This document shows, piece after piece, positions 18,503 through 37,990 of a stretch of 64,000 nt of DNA; the first letter of the stretch is position 1; each line of letters starts with the position of its first letter. Source of the DNA: Amoebidium appalachense. Its lineage: Eukaryota > Protista > Ichthyosporea. The position numbers were made by a program, and so were the translations under genes. The stretch is taken from the NCBI GenBank assembly GCA_963693365.1, contig CAVNZM010000011.1, positions 4,534,639 to 4,598,638 on the forward strand, written 5' to 3'. Below the pieces are notes generated by a model. That model searched no databases. It saw only the letters and a program-made list of their open reading frames with translations, and was not told where the DNA came from.

Positions 18503-19693
18503 GGGAAGAGGGTTATCATAGCTTCCCTAATACGGAGTACACATACGCATCAAGAAATTGGCGCAAGACACAATATGGTTACCCACGGACACACACAGAG
18601 TATCCAGCTTCAGCTCCTGAGAGCAATATTAGGGAGGGTGGCAGCAAGAAGGGGGAGGGGGGGGGGAGGGGGGGGGAGAAGGGGGGGGAGGAAGGGATGG
18701 TATTATAGAGGGAGCCGGACGGGAAAACGCTGGGAAGAAATTGCTTTGTCACAAGAATCTGAGAGGGAGGGGGATGGAGGTTTGTTATGGGGAGGGGGGG
18801 AAGGGGGGGGGGGGGGGGGGGGGGGGGGGGGTATGGGTGTAAGAGAACCCAAAGGACCGGGGGGATCCTTGTGAAAGTGTTGGTGGTCTCTAGACAAAAA
18901 GTATGCAACGTAAATGCGGCCCATTCCACGGGTTCTCCACACTCTCATGCCATACAGATGTACCTCGGTCCCTCCTCCCCTCTTCCAACCCTCCCCCCCC
19001 CCCTTCCCCTCCTCCTCTGTATCTTCCCCTGTTCGGCCGCTTCAAAGGAGATCCATGTTAGGTGCATGACCTTACATATCATTACGAGCTGAATGCAGAG
19101 ATACAAGCCTTCAACCATCCCCCCAACTCTGCCCACCTTTCCACCCATACAACACCCCCACCCAGTCTCCCCTTACCCCCCCCCCCTCCCCTCCCCCCCC
19201 CTCCCCTCTTTCATGCACTTCACACATCAGTTTTAACACCCACCTCAGGAGCTGCCAGAGAGAGCAACGGATTGACGATGTTTCCGAGCCCAGAGTTCTG
19301 CAGATAAACCACCGCCGGCTTGCCCGTTGCCAAGTGATACCCAGATGCCACACCAATAGCCGCCCCCTCATTTGCGGTCATGATGTGCTTTTCTTTAGGT
19401 GCGTTGACAGAAACATACGCGCAGAAATCTTTGAGAAGGGAATCTGGCACACCACAGAAGAAATCCAGGTCTCTTTGTTTCAAAGCCTCGTAAAACTCTG
19501 CTGGATCTAAGAAATCACGCTGAATCTCTGTGTATTCACGCTCATCTGCACGGCTGTCTGGCACCAGTTTTGATTTGTTTGTCGTCGCTGATATGTATCT
19601 AGAGGTGCTTTTAGGAAAAGATGTAGCTAGAGCAGGGTTGAATGTTTGTGGTATGGAGGAAGAAACGGAACGGAGTGCTTGAAATAGAGCCAT
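15761..19693 (-). CDS. ppd: Phosphonopyruvate decarboxylase (ThDP-dependent, Ppd/AepY family), 4 exons, about 438 aa, with a putative mitochondrial presequence
   Basis: Exons 19693-19244, 18235-17978, 16968-16672 and 16072-15761, all GT-AG and phase 0. Ppd family motifs: [99 protein letters not shown], the ThDP-binding [11 protein letters not shown]...[11 protein letters not shown], and C-terminal LGRP. The N-terminal ~45 aa ([13 protein letters not shown]...) are Ser/Thr/Arg/Lys-rich and acid-free. Confidence 0.93.
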
Positions 19694-20722
19694 GTTTGGT
19701 TGCTTCAATGATGTCGGTCTCGTTTGCTTCTAGCTTACCCAAAATAGGTATGTATAACAGCCCGAAAGAAACTGAAATAGGCGGGGGGAGGTGCATTACA
19801 CGGAAGAATAACTCCTGTTAACTCTTACTACCTCTATATGTCTGTGCATTTGGTTACGGCGTAATATATTACGAAGATAAGATAGTAGGGGAAAGGAAAA
19901 GATAAAAGCGACTGAAAAGCGAGTCGCGACGCACCACGCAAAATGTTTTTGTGTTGACGTCGTTCACATGTGACAGATATCGAAGACAGGGTAGGAATTA
20001 CGGAGTTTCGAGTCCGGTTGGGAGGGACTTGAGCCAATTCCTGCAGTACAGTTCTTCCGAACTTCGGCCCAAGGAAGCGATACATTTTTGTCGTAATGCT
20101 TACCCATATGATATGTGCTGATCTTTCACGAAGCATAAAAAAAGTCCCTTCAGACTTCCAAAGGTCTATTGAATGTGCATGATTGTTTTCTGCCTGACGT
20201 TTTCAGAACCCCGCGCGCGCGAGCAGCCGGTGTAGGGATGGGGAATATGAAAAATACGGGGTAATGAACCCGGATCTAGATATCGACATACATCGACGTG
20301 AGAAGCTATTTTCTACCCTGCAAAGGTGTGAACGATTGGTTGACGTTTGAATGACGTGTGCTGTTATTGGTCGATCTAGCAGTGACGTATCATCTGACCA
20401 ATCATTACGCACCAGATTTGGCGCCATGGGAAAGCTTTTTTATACCGTATTACCGTAACTATCACGTGTGCCCACATAGCTATTATATATAAATGGTATA
20501 GAGGGGCAGACGGATGCATAAACGTGGTAACCAGCTCATTATAAATAGATGTTATAACTATTTGCACCAGGCCCCTTGAGAAACTTTACTGATTAGCTGA
20601 GGCGTTTTTGGCTGGGTCGAACGACATTGCGAAGTTAGGCATTTTTGAGTTTGAAATGCGGGGGTGGGCAGCAGTAAGTATTGAGGTCCCCCCTGGTGTT
20701 GGGTCCCCCCCCCCCCCCCCCC

Positions 20723-20818
20723 CGGGGGATGAAAGACCCACCTGCTCGAGGGGGTGGTGTCCTCCCCCCCCCCCCCCCCCCCCTGGGGATGAAAGACCCA
20801 CCTGCTCGAGGGGGTGGT

Positions 20819-20822
<4 letters not shown>
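20723..20822. repeat. Direct repeat of about 38 bp separated by a poly-C run
   Basis: GGGGATGAAAGACCCACCTGCTCGAGGGGGTGGTGTCC occurs twice, 60 bp apart. Confidence 0.85.
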
Positions 20823-20860
<38 letters not shown>

Positions 20861-20968
20861 CTAAGCTGACCACCGGGGTGGTGGGTCCCCCCTCCCCCCA
20901 GAGAGGGGGAGGGGGGACCCACCTCTTTGGTGGGGTGGTGGGTCCCCCCCCCTCCCCCCCTCCCCCCC

Positions 20969-21016
<48 letters not shown>

Positions 21017-21111
21017 CGAGGAATCCAACGGGACCCTCCGCGCCGGCCGCAGCCGCATACCTTCTCAAGTTCTGGGAGGCTCGCCTTCTCCCCTCCTCCC
21101 CTTCCCCCCTT

Positions 21112-21142
<31 letters not shown>

Positions 21143-22648
21143 CCTCCCAGGCCCCTCCTCTCACTCCACCACCATCCCCAACATTAAGTTTGTACTAATT
21201 CTTCTTCCCTTCCTAAAATTTAACCAATGCTTCGAATTTTGACAAAGTTAAGGCAAATCTATCATGCACAACATGTCACTGGGAGTGTGTGTCTGCAACT
21301 TTTGTGCCGTGTAGACGTGGGACCGTGTGTTTTTGTGTCCTTAAGGTGGGTGATCATTCGGCACTGCTAATCTGTTGTGGTGGCCTGACAGTGTGCAAGT
21401 AAACGTTGTGCCACATGTGCAAGCTGTGTAGACGCAATGCGCTTAGCATGCGCAAAATTACATGGGTTCACGTGTGTGCTAGAGAAGAGGGTGTGTGCAC
21501 ACGTGTGGGTGTCACTGTGCATGTGTGTCTCAGTGCGTGTTTGCCTGTGTATGCGTTTGTGTGCATATGTGTGCGTGTGTTGTGTGTGTGTGTGTCAGTG
21601 ATTGAGAGAGCTCCCAAATTCTCTGGCCCAAATCTGCACGCGCGCATGTGCCTTTTGTGGCATGTGTGTCTGATTTGCCATAATATATATATGCATGTGT
21701 GTGTGAACGGTTGTTCATTGCAAATCATTATGATAAGCATGCATGATGGCGCATGATGCACGGATGAAATTGCGTCAGACAAATAACCCGGGGGGGGGGG
21801 GGGGGGGGGGGGGGAGGGGAGGGGATAGATAAAGAGCGAAAAAAGAGGGTGGTGGTGTGATGGTGGTGGTGGGGGGGGGATCCGGAGGGGGGGGGGAGGG
21901 GGAATATTAAAAGGGAAGCAGTTGGAGAGGAAAAATGGAATTCAGAATGTGTGCCACGTGTGCGCGTGCGCATCATTATACAGAACAGAGCATACTACCC
22001 TACGGCAATCTGTGATTATGAGCGTATTGGAGAGCGTGCACGCACGTGTGTGTGCCTGCGTGTGCAAGGGTGCTTGACTGTACCGTTAATGATTGTCGAG
22101 AAAATCAATGGTCATGAGCAACCGCCATATGCATTGCGGTCTCCCTATGCGATCTTAAGGGGCGTAGAGAGGGGAGGCCCCCATGGGCCAGCGGTCGTTC
22201 CGGGGGGAAGGGGGGGGGGGGGGGGGGGGGGGAGGGGGGGGGGGGGGGGGATGCTAGCTAGTAAGCAGGTCCAATTTGACCCAGGGCCTGATAATTGATA
22301 CCAATTATTGGGTGTAGAGAAGGTGCCAATGCCAATATGTTTTCAAGTTGGTATCCAATATACATACTATATATATATTAGTCATATTTGGGTAGCCCCC
22401 TCCCCCCCCCTCCCCCCCCCCCCCCTGGGTCCCCCCCCCCAATCCCCAGTTGGCGGAGGGGTGGTTGGTGCCCCCCCCCCCCCCCCCCCCCCAACTTACT
22501 ACTACCCCCCTCCCCGTTTCAAAATCAAAAAAGCCTTATATCCATGTGAAAAACACGCAGTGACACCGGATCCACAAACTTTCAAAAATTCAAGGCATGT
22601 CCGAGTCCGAGCCCAGTGCGCAGGGGCCGCGGACGCTCCGGGGGACTC

Positions 22649-22679
<31 letters not shown>

Positions 22680-23095
22680 GGGGGGGGGTTGGTTACGGAC
22701 ATGCAAGGGGAATGATCATGAGTTGAGACTTGAGAGCATGCACAACATTTCGATCAAAACGTTCATGCATGATCAGCGGCATGGCCATCACCTGTTCCAT
22801 GGAATGAATGCCCGCTTTGTCGACAATGTTCATGTTTTTCTTATATTTATTTTCCATCGGCCTGTTATCACATTCAAGTAGAATCCGAGCTAGATCTAAA
22901 TCCGGAATATGCGGTTTGACTGTACAGAGCTCACGCTGTCACGTTTACCTTTTTTTGCCCCTTCCATAGAACCTAGGATCACAGATTTTTGAAACTCGGT
23001 TGCATGTTAACACAATTGCACACTAAGCTCCAAAATAAAATACCTACCCCAGTTCCCTTCACCACCTTCTCATCATATGCGCAAGGTTCCGCTTC

Positions 23096-23160
<65 letters not shown>

Positions 23161-23249
23161 ACACCCACCCACCCACCCACCCACCCACCACCACGACTAA
23201 ACACCATTAAAAAAAAAAAAAAAAAAAAAAAGTCAGCTGCCGCTCTCGT

Positions 23250-29409
<6,160 letters not shown>

Positions 29410-30476
29410 CTGACCAAAGTAGACACGTTAGTAATAGCCAGCAACTCCTAAGTACCCATAGCAAATTCACACACAAGTGCCCAACCGCAAAAAGAGGTGT
29501 CGAGGTACCACCAGCACGCCCACACGTCTACGCAAGCGCAGGAAAGAGGTGACAGGCACAACCACACTTAAGAGAAAGAAGGCTACTTATCGAATCGGAC
29601 CACAGCTGGAACATAACAGACTGCACTCAAGCTGGGTGTTCCATCCTTATCGGCAGCCTCTCCATTCTAATGCTCTACAGTCATGTGTTAGTCACCAAGC
29701 TTGAAGGTGAGCGAGTGCGTGGAAGATACCCTTGCTATCACGTTAATATGCCACGTTTAAAACCCACACACTACAGTCATTTGTACATATACTCAGACAT
29801 CAAATGCAGGCTCACAATAAGCTTGTTCAGACTTGTCAGAAAAGGTGTTGACGAACAAGGTCGCCTAGCAGAACCATGTAGACACGTAAAAACGGAGGCA
29901 CACAAAAACGAATGTACACAAGCACACACACACGCACGCAGTCTTGCACAGGCACAGGCACGTGCATGGCCACACGCACACACTTCCGCACACACACAAG
30001 CGAGCAACTGAGGTTGCTGCACCAACATATGGGAGTCTTCCAGACAATCTTTTACATACCGTTGGTCGAGGAGATGACCTGCTTCAACCCCGTAGTTATC
30101 ATTCTAATATGTTTTGGACTATATACTACCACTATAGTTCTATGAGTTATAGAAAGCGGGTGATGACAGCACCACGCAAACTAACTAAACGAAGCTTTTG
30201 GAAAATCCCTGTCTCTTTGTTGTTCTGCCACGAAAAGATGATGGCAAGCTTTTATACGGCTCCCGTCTGCCTGGTAGGGCCAGTTGATTGGATAGAAACG
30301 CACAACCTAAAACTGCTTCTCGTTATATTTTATTATAGCTAATGATAGGCTATTTCTATATTCTAATGCAAGGGAGATTGAAAATGTGCAGGCCTATAAC
30401 GCTTTCTAAAATCCGTAATATCAGGCAATTTTTCAACAAAATGCCTGGGCGATGACGTACTACCGCGGCCGGCTGG

Positions 30477-30802
30477 CAGGGGTGTGGCGACTTGACTTCA
30501 AGTCGCGACTTGAAGTCACCAAGCACCCTGACTTCAACCAAGTCAAGTCAAGTCACGAGGCCTAACATATGAGTGATTTGAAGGGGGGAGGGGGGCTTTG
30601 GTCAGGGAAGCATAGGAGGGTGGTTGGGAAGGGGGGACGCAATGCTCGTATGTAGCCGCTCTTGCCACTGGTGGGCCGGAGGAGTTACTAAAAAGCTAGT
30701 ACTTCCCCAAGTCGCGACTTCAAGTCAAGTCAAGTCATCAAACCAAACAAACAATTATAACTATAAGTCAAGTCAAGTCGTTGAGGCTCTGCCACACCCC
30801 TG
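30477..30802. mobile_element. Non-autonomous hAT-superfamily element (MITE-like), 326 bp
   Basis: Perfect 12-bp TIRs CAGGGGTGTGGC...GCCACACCCCTG. Identical 8-bp flanks CCGGCTGG at 30469-30476 and 30803-30810 (8-bp TSDs are typical of hAT). Clustered subterminal AAGTC/GACTT pentamers at both ends. Confidence 0.9.
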
Positions 30803-30891
30803 CCGGCTGGCCGGCCCGGCAGTCAGGCTGCAGTCATGACTACACCCCGCCCGACCGAGCTGCCCGACCGCCGAGCGACACATGTTTCATG

Positions 30892-30989
<98 letters not shown>

Positions 30990-32270
30990 ATTGGCACAAA
31001 CTCACACACACATGCACACACACGTACACACACACGCACATGTACACGCACACACACGGACGCACGCACACGCACACGCACACACGCACATACGTGCACA
31101 CGCACACACGTACACACGCACGTCACGCATACGTGCACACCACACACCACAATAGCACACGCACACCTATCTCTCCCCCCCCCCCCCCCCCCCCTCCGCC
31201 CATGGAACACACACACACGTATACGTACGCGCGCGCGCACACCTATCCGCCATATCTAGAGCCTTGGCAACAACAACCGTCTGACTCAATATTTGCTACC
31301 TGCAGGCCGGGGATCACAATATATGCATCATGCAACATGGTTAATTTACCAGGTGTTTTTATATGCATGACGTTGTCTTGTCATCTGCGGGTTCAACATG
31401 TGGCTGCATGTATATGCATGCATTTGTTCATTTAAAACATTTTATTATTACAGTAAAGCAGGGAGTCAGAAAGATATACGGCAAAAAATGCATCCACAAT
31501 AACCCTATCACCACAAAAAAAATTCAATTCAAAGACATGTTCCCTGGCTTCCATTCGAATTGAATTTCTGTGCTAATTCATATGCATAACTTAATATCTT
31601 AGCTGCAGAGGGAGGGGTTTCACGCTTGCATCCATGAGCTATGATAGAATCCATACCCTCCCCCCCCCCCCCCCCCCCCCCCTCCCCCCTCACACACACG
31701 TGCACCACCACCTGGTCCACCACAACACAAACACACACACCCGCGCGCGCGCGCGCACACACTCACACACACACACAGACACACACATACCGAAATCATG
31801 TGTGCCACATCAGAGCATGTGCAGAAATTTTCACTTTGAAGCCCCCCTTCTAACAAAGGAAAGGCAAATTTTACAACCCACCCAACCACGATACTTTCTG
31901 TTAGTCAGGCACATACCCAATGGCATTTCCTCACACTTATTATCCTCAAAAGGAATACAACGAGCACGGCACCTGGACCTTCCACGTTCATACCGTAACA
32001 AAATTTTAGTTTTAGAAATAATGAAAGCAGAAAGACAATTTTAAAAAAAAGAATCAAAGCAAAAAAAAGCACGCATAATTTTCCTCTCCGTCCCGAACAG
32101 ACACCACGGGGGCTAGGCACAAGCTTAGGCACCCACGTTCACACGGCGCCAAACCTAACAATTAAAGAACTCTAAGAACGAGGAAACAGGAAAGAAAAGA
32201 AACGGGAAAATTTCTCACATCGGGCTCAACCAAAGTATGCCGGGTTTTCATTCGCACCAAAAAACCAAAC

Positions 32271-32329
<59 letters not shown>

Positions 32330-32365
32330 TCGGCTCGATTTGACAATACCAGATTGCAATTTCGG

Positions 32366-32560
32366 TCAACTTCCTGCGGTTGTGGGCTCGGTGGCAGAGC
32401 TCTCTGTGTCGCTGCCAGTGATACTCAAACTGTGACGTGCCTTCTGCAGGTTCAGGATAATTTTAGTTGAAAGATTCGAAATTGTCACATCATATCTTCG
32501 TGTGTGTGTGTGTGTGTGTGTGGGAGGGGGGAGGTGGGGGTGGATGTGTGTGTGTGTGCA

Positions 32561-32637
<77 letters not shown>

Positions 32638-34587
32638 GTGTGTGTCTGTGTGTGTGTGTTTGTTAGTATGGTGTTGAGTCTGTATGTGTGTGCCCGTGAA
32701 TGTGCGTGCATACGTGAAGATGTGCATCACTCACGTGCAGGCACACACACACGCGAGTGTGTGTCTCGTGTAAGTGTTTGGGTGCACACGCGTGGGCTCG
32801 TGCGTACGAGCACATGAGCAATAACCTCCCATCCCCATCTACCATTGCTTATATGCATGAAACCACACCATGCAAGAATCTATCAGACGTGCACAATTGA
32901 ACGGCCACTTAGCCTGACAAGACAACAAGATAAAAGCGACATGTAGAAGAGACCCTCCAACTCGAAAATTGAGCAACGGTAGTTTTTTTCAGTTTGTTTC
33001 GGCCATGATCGGCTGGCTGGCCTGTGAATCCATTCATGTGTCTCCGTGGATGTGCATCTGTCCATGACTGAGCCTAAGGTACCTCTTGCTTTCAAAAATA
33101 TGCGGGTGCATGGTTGTGTGTACCCATGTGTGCTTCTTTGCATGCGCTTGCCAACGTGTCTGGTGCCTGTGGTCGTGCGTGTGTATTGGTGTCTGTGTGC
33201 CTTGCATTTTTGTGCTCGAGTGGAGGCGCATAGAGGGGAGTGGAGAGGGAGGGGGGGAAGGAGGGAGGTTGTTTGCCGGTTTGTGTGTACGTAGTCTGTG
33301 AATGTGCAGTTAATTGTGCACGTACGTCTGCGCCAACATGTTTGTGTCCTTGGGTGTTTGCATGTGGGAGAAGCCGGGCAAGCCCGGGGAAGCGGGAAAG
33401 GCAGGCGGGCGGGCGGGCGGGCGGGCGGGCGGGCGGGCGGGAGGGAGGGAGGGGGGGGGCACAGCAAATAAACACACCTTTGCCTGCAGTGCCTCCTGCC
33501 TCTCCTGTGCCCTCTTTCTCGCAGCCTCAGGAATGTGCACCTTCATGGACACAGTCACCACAGACCCATCCTTCTTTGCAACTTGAATCATCTTCGTTTT
33601 CATCCCTTCCCCCTCAACTTTCCCCTTTTTCTCCTCCGCAACCGCTCCCGTTTTCGCCGACGCGGCGCCTTCGCTGATTTTGTTCTTCTGCTGTGTCGTT
33701 TCGTTGGTGCTTTGTGTGGGTTTTTGTAAGCCGGCGATAGTGGTAGTGGTGGTGGAAGGGGTGGGTGTCTGTGTCTGTGCTGCGTCTTCACTCTGTCTCC
33801 TGCTACCTGCAGCGCTTGTCTGTGACCCGGCGCCCGTTTTCGTTTTGTTGCTTCCCTCCCTGGACGCCCGACGCAGAGAAGCCAAGGCCTGTTGTCTTAG
33901 TAGTTCCTCTCGTAGCTTATCCTCTAAATCTGCAGCGGGGGCCGTTTTTAGACTGACTGGACTTGAATTTACGGTAAAGCCTGCCACGAAAAATTAGAAC
34001 AGAAAAAAAAAATAAAAAGGAAAAGTGAAAAGGAAACAGGGTGAGAAGAAGAGGATGTGAACATGGTGCATGCTGTGTCCGTGATTGCGTTATTGCATTA
34101 CCGTAAGTTCGATGGCATGTGTAAGCGTGTGTAATAGAAAAGCCCCCCCCCCCCCTCCCCCCCCCAGTATTATGACACAGAAAAAGGCGTGTCAATACTA
34201 AAAAGGGGGGGAGAGGGGGGTTAAAGAGTACGTGGTACACAGTTATAACGTACAACACAATCGGAGAGCAAAGCACACACAAGAGTATAAGAGTATACAT
34301 AATAACCAGAGTCCATCATGGGGAGAAGGGGTTTGCATAATGCAGTTTTTCATCAGGTAGTGGTGTTTTCTTTTTTTTTTTTCCTTCTTTTTTCTTTTAT
34401 AGGTTTATTATGGTTTTTTTTTCCCGGGAGGGGGGGGGGGGGGGGGGGTAGGACTCATGCGAAAGGGAAACACAACTGCCGAGCTGTACAGGGCACAAAC
34501 ACAACAAAGATAATAGGTAGTGGAGGATAACAGGGGATAAGGATCACAAGAAGTTGTGTGGTGTGTGTGTGTGTGTGTGTGTGTGTT

Positions 34588-34642
<55 letters not shown>

Positions 34643-34727
34643 AAAAGGGATTGGAAAAGCAGTAAGTTTTATGGGGACAAGGAAATGGGGAGGGACGGAG
34701 GGGGGGATATGAGAGAAAGAGAGAGGA

Positions 34728-34773
<46 letters not shown>

Positions 34774-34878
34774 GAGAGAGTTCAAGAGCGAGAAAGAAGG
34801 GGGGGGGAGGGGGGAGATAGAGAGAGCTAGAAAGCCAGAGGGAGAGAGAGGAGGGGGAGAGAGAGGAGGGGAGTGGGG

Positions 34879-34941
<63 letters not shown>

Positions 34942-35277
34942 TTGGGTGGGGAGCTCGGGGGGGGGGGGGGGGGGGGGTAGTGAGGGGGGGAGGGGAGGGA
35001 GGGCCGACGAGAGGCTGGGTGGGAAATGTGAGTGGGTGGATGGGTGGGTGGGTGGATGGGAGGAAAAGAGCGGATTTAGGAAAAAAAGGGGGAGGGGAGA
35101 GAGAGGAGAAAGAGGAGCGAGTGGAGGAAGGGATGGGGGGAGAGAGGGGAGGAGGGAGGAGGGGGAAAGTAAAGAAAGGGGGGAAGGGGGGAAGGGGGAA
35201 GGGGGGAGGGGGGAGGCCGGGAGCAAGGGGGCCCGAGATGAAGGGGAAAAAGAGAGAGGGGGGGGGGGGGGGGGGGG

Positions 35278-35326
<49 letters not shown>

Positions 35327-35365
35327 TGTGTGTGTGTGTGTGTGTGAGTAGAGAGAGAGAGAGAT

Positions 35366-35397
<32 letters not shown>

Positions 35398-36240
35398 GGG
35401 GAGGAGAGAGAGATGGAGGGATTTAGAGCTAAGGACGGGGAGAGAGAGAAAGAGACCATGCCAAACTCGTCATCCCACAATCTAAACAAGTAAGAATGAA
35501 TAAGTGGTGTGTGGCGCGGGCGAAGATAGTAGTCAGAGCCCCAACCGAAACAATTACATCAGCGCAAACATACCGGCAGCCGGTGGCTGTATTTTCTTCA
35601 CCGGAGGTTTTGCCTCCGCCTTCACCCCCCCTGTAACCGTGCCTGTCTGTGGCCGTGTGGGTGTGGGTGTCCTGACAGCACCGCCTACACTTGCACGTGG
35701 GGAAAGTGTAACAGACACAGAACCTCTGTTTCCCCCACCACCACCAGTGGCAGGTGTGGGTTGTTGTGTGCTCGTTTTGGAAGGCGCCTTTGTCTCAGTT
35801 TTCGCCTTAACAGGTGCTGGTGAGGAAGTCTTTGTAGCTGCCGAAGGAGGGGGTGTAGGAACCGAGGGATGAGCTGTGGTTTCCTTATTGGGAGGTGGGG
35901 ACGGCGCACGTGCGGGTGGGGGTGTGGGAACGGAGGAAGGATCAGGAAGCTGGCGTGCCTCCGCTAGACTCCGCCCTTCAAAAAGTGCTTGGAGTTGGTC
36001 TGGGCGTAGTCTCAATGCTTGCTCCTTGGCTAAATTACGCAAACGAGCAAGAGGAAACCCTACAAGGACAGGGGGCAGGGGGGTGGGGCCTAGGTCTGTG
36101 GTTTGGTTCAAGCCATCGAAGAGATAGGTTAGAATGGACTCTACGTTTGTGCAGTCTGGTATGCGGAATGGGGTGTCATCAATGGCTAGCTCTGCCCAGC
36201 TGGGCTCCCACGTGCTCTCTGTAGCAGTGACGGTTGTCAT
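32366..36240 (-). CDS. CAAP1-like protein (remote similarity to caspase activity and apoptosis inhibitor 1), 3 exons, about 415 aa
   Basis: Exons 36240-35574 (donor G|gtatgt), 33980-33478 (phase matches; donor AAG|gtgtgt) and a probable last exon 32443-32366. LPPVLVGFPLARLRNLAKEQALRLRPDQLQALFEG matches, from memory, the CAAP1 core LPDVLKNCSIEEIKKLCQEQLELLSEKKILKILEG. A Pro/Thr-rich linker follows, then LREELLRQQALASLRR, which resembles the CAAP1 C-terminal helix. The gene model is more secure than the family call. Confidence 0.65.
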
Positions 36241-36532
36241 TTTCTTGTTTTGTGTGTGCGCGCGAATAAAGAATACCTCACTCGTAACCCTCTGTTTTGT
36301 TTGTGGCAGCGGAAACAGTTTTCTGGGGGAAATGGCGGCGCCTACCACGCCCGAGGAAGATTCCCGATCGGGGAAAGTTTCCGATTGAAAGAGATCGGTG
36401 CGATCTTAGGGAGTTTCGATTGCTCGTACATGTACATCGTTTTTGTTTCAACCTGCCGCCATCCCCTTCTCCCCCCCCCCCCCCCCCCCCCCCACCTCCC
36501 CTCCCCCCCAGATTCTCTCTGTCTGTCTGAAG

Positions 36533-36614
<82 letters not shown>

Positions 36615-37990
36615 CCCCCCCCCCCCCCCCCCCCCCCCTCTCTCCCTCTCTCTCCCTCTCTCCCTCTAACCCCCCCCCCCCCCCCCCCCCCCCACCACCA
36701 CCACCACCACCTTCCCCCCCCCCTCTCTCCCTCTCTCGTTCGAGCTCTCTTTTCTCTCTACTTCCCCCGCCACCCCCCCACCCCTTCACCCTTTTGTTCG
36801 CTCGCTCTTGTCCCTCCTATATCTATCTCTCTCGTCTCAGTCTCTCTATCAGAGGCTCTCGATTTGAACCCCTCCCCCACTTCCTCCCCTTTACCCCCCC
36901 CCCCCCCCCCCCTCCCCCCCCCCCCCCCCCCCAAAAAAAAAAAAAAAAAAAACCCCTATACAAGATAAACCAGCCGGTGATTATTACAAGCACAAACCGA
37001 CCAATGAATGATCGGGCATAAAAGCACACACACACAAGCATGCGACACACACACACACACAAACACATACACACATACACACACACACACACACACAAAT
37101 GCGGGTGCACACACACACATACACACATTGCCTGCATACCTCTTAGCACCCGGGGGGGGGGGGGGGGGGGGGGCCCTCAAAGCCAAGCATCCACAGTGAA
37201 TATAATCCTTACCACCACCAGCCCCCTCCTCCCCCCCCCCCCCACCCCCTCCCCTCCCCCTCCCTCCTCTCGGAGCCTCTCCATGGCCACACCCATTTGA
37301 GTACGGGTGTGCACTTTGTTTCTTGTGTGTCCGGATTAAATAAATGAATTTTTTTACACAACAAATAAAAAGGTAGGAGTATGAAAATGGGGCCAGCAAC
37401 CGTTACCAGAAGTGTGTCTGGATTACAAGTATGTGGCCGATAGTAAGGAGGGGGTTGGACGAGAATCGAGGGAAAAGATGGGTGTGTGGGTGGGTGGGTG
37501 GGTGGGTGGGGGGGGGGGGGGGGGGGGGGGGGGAGGTACTGAAAAAAAAGTCACGTGTTTTTTATTTATATTTCAACTCCGGCCCACCAGTGGCCAAACA
37601 CCATCATGAGCACAGGAAATTTCACCAAATTAAAAAAGATAAAAAAATTAATAAAAAAATCAGTCTACCTATACAGTATCACAGCCAAGGGCCATCCTGA
37701 GCTCAGGAAAATTCATAGCACCTCAAAAATACAAAAGAACAAGAAAAAAAAAGAATTTAAAAACAGGCTAACTTGACATTTGCACTCATCGAAGCTATAA
37801 ACCAATCGCCGGCGGCCCCCAAACAAATCATGTTTGCTAGTGTAAACCGGCCCCATATTCCTGCTTTTTTGTTTGTTTTATCTATTCGAAACATTTTTTC
37901 GAAAGATTCTGAGACAATTCCTGTCATGTGGGTGTGGGTAGGTATGGGCACGCTACTACACATTCACACCAGAACACCGAATTAAGCAAT

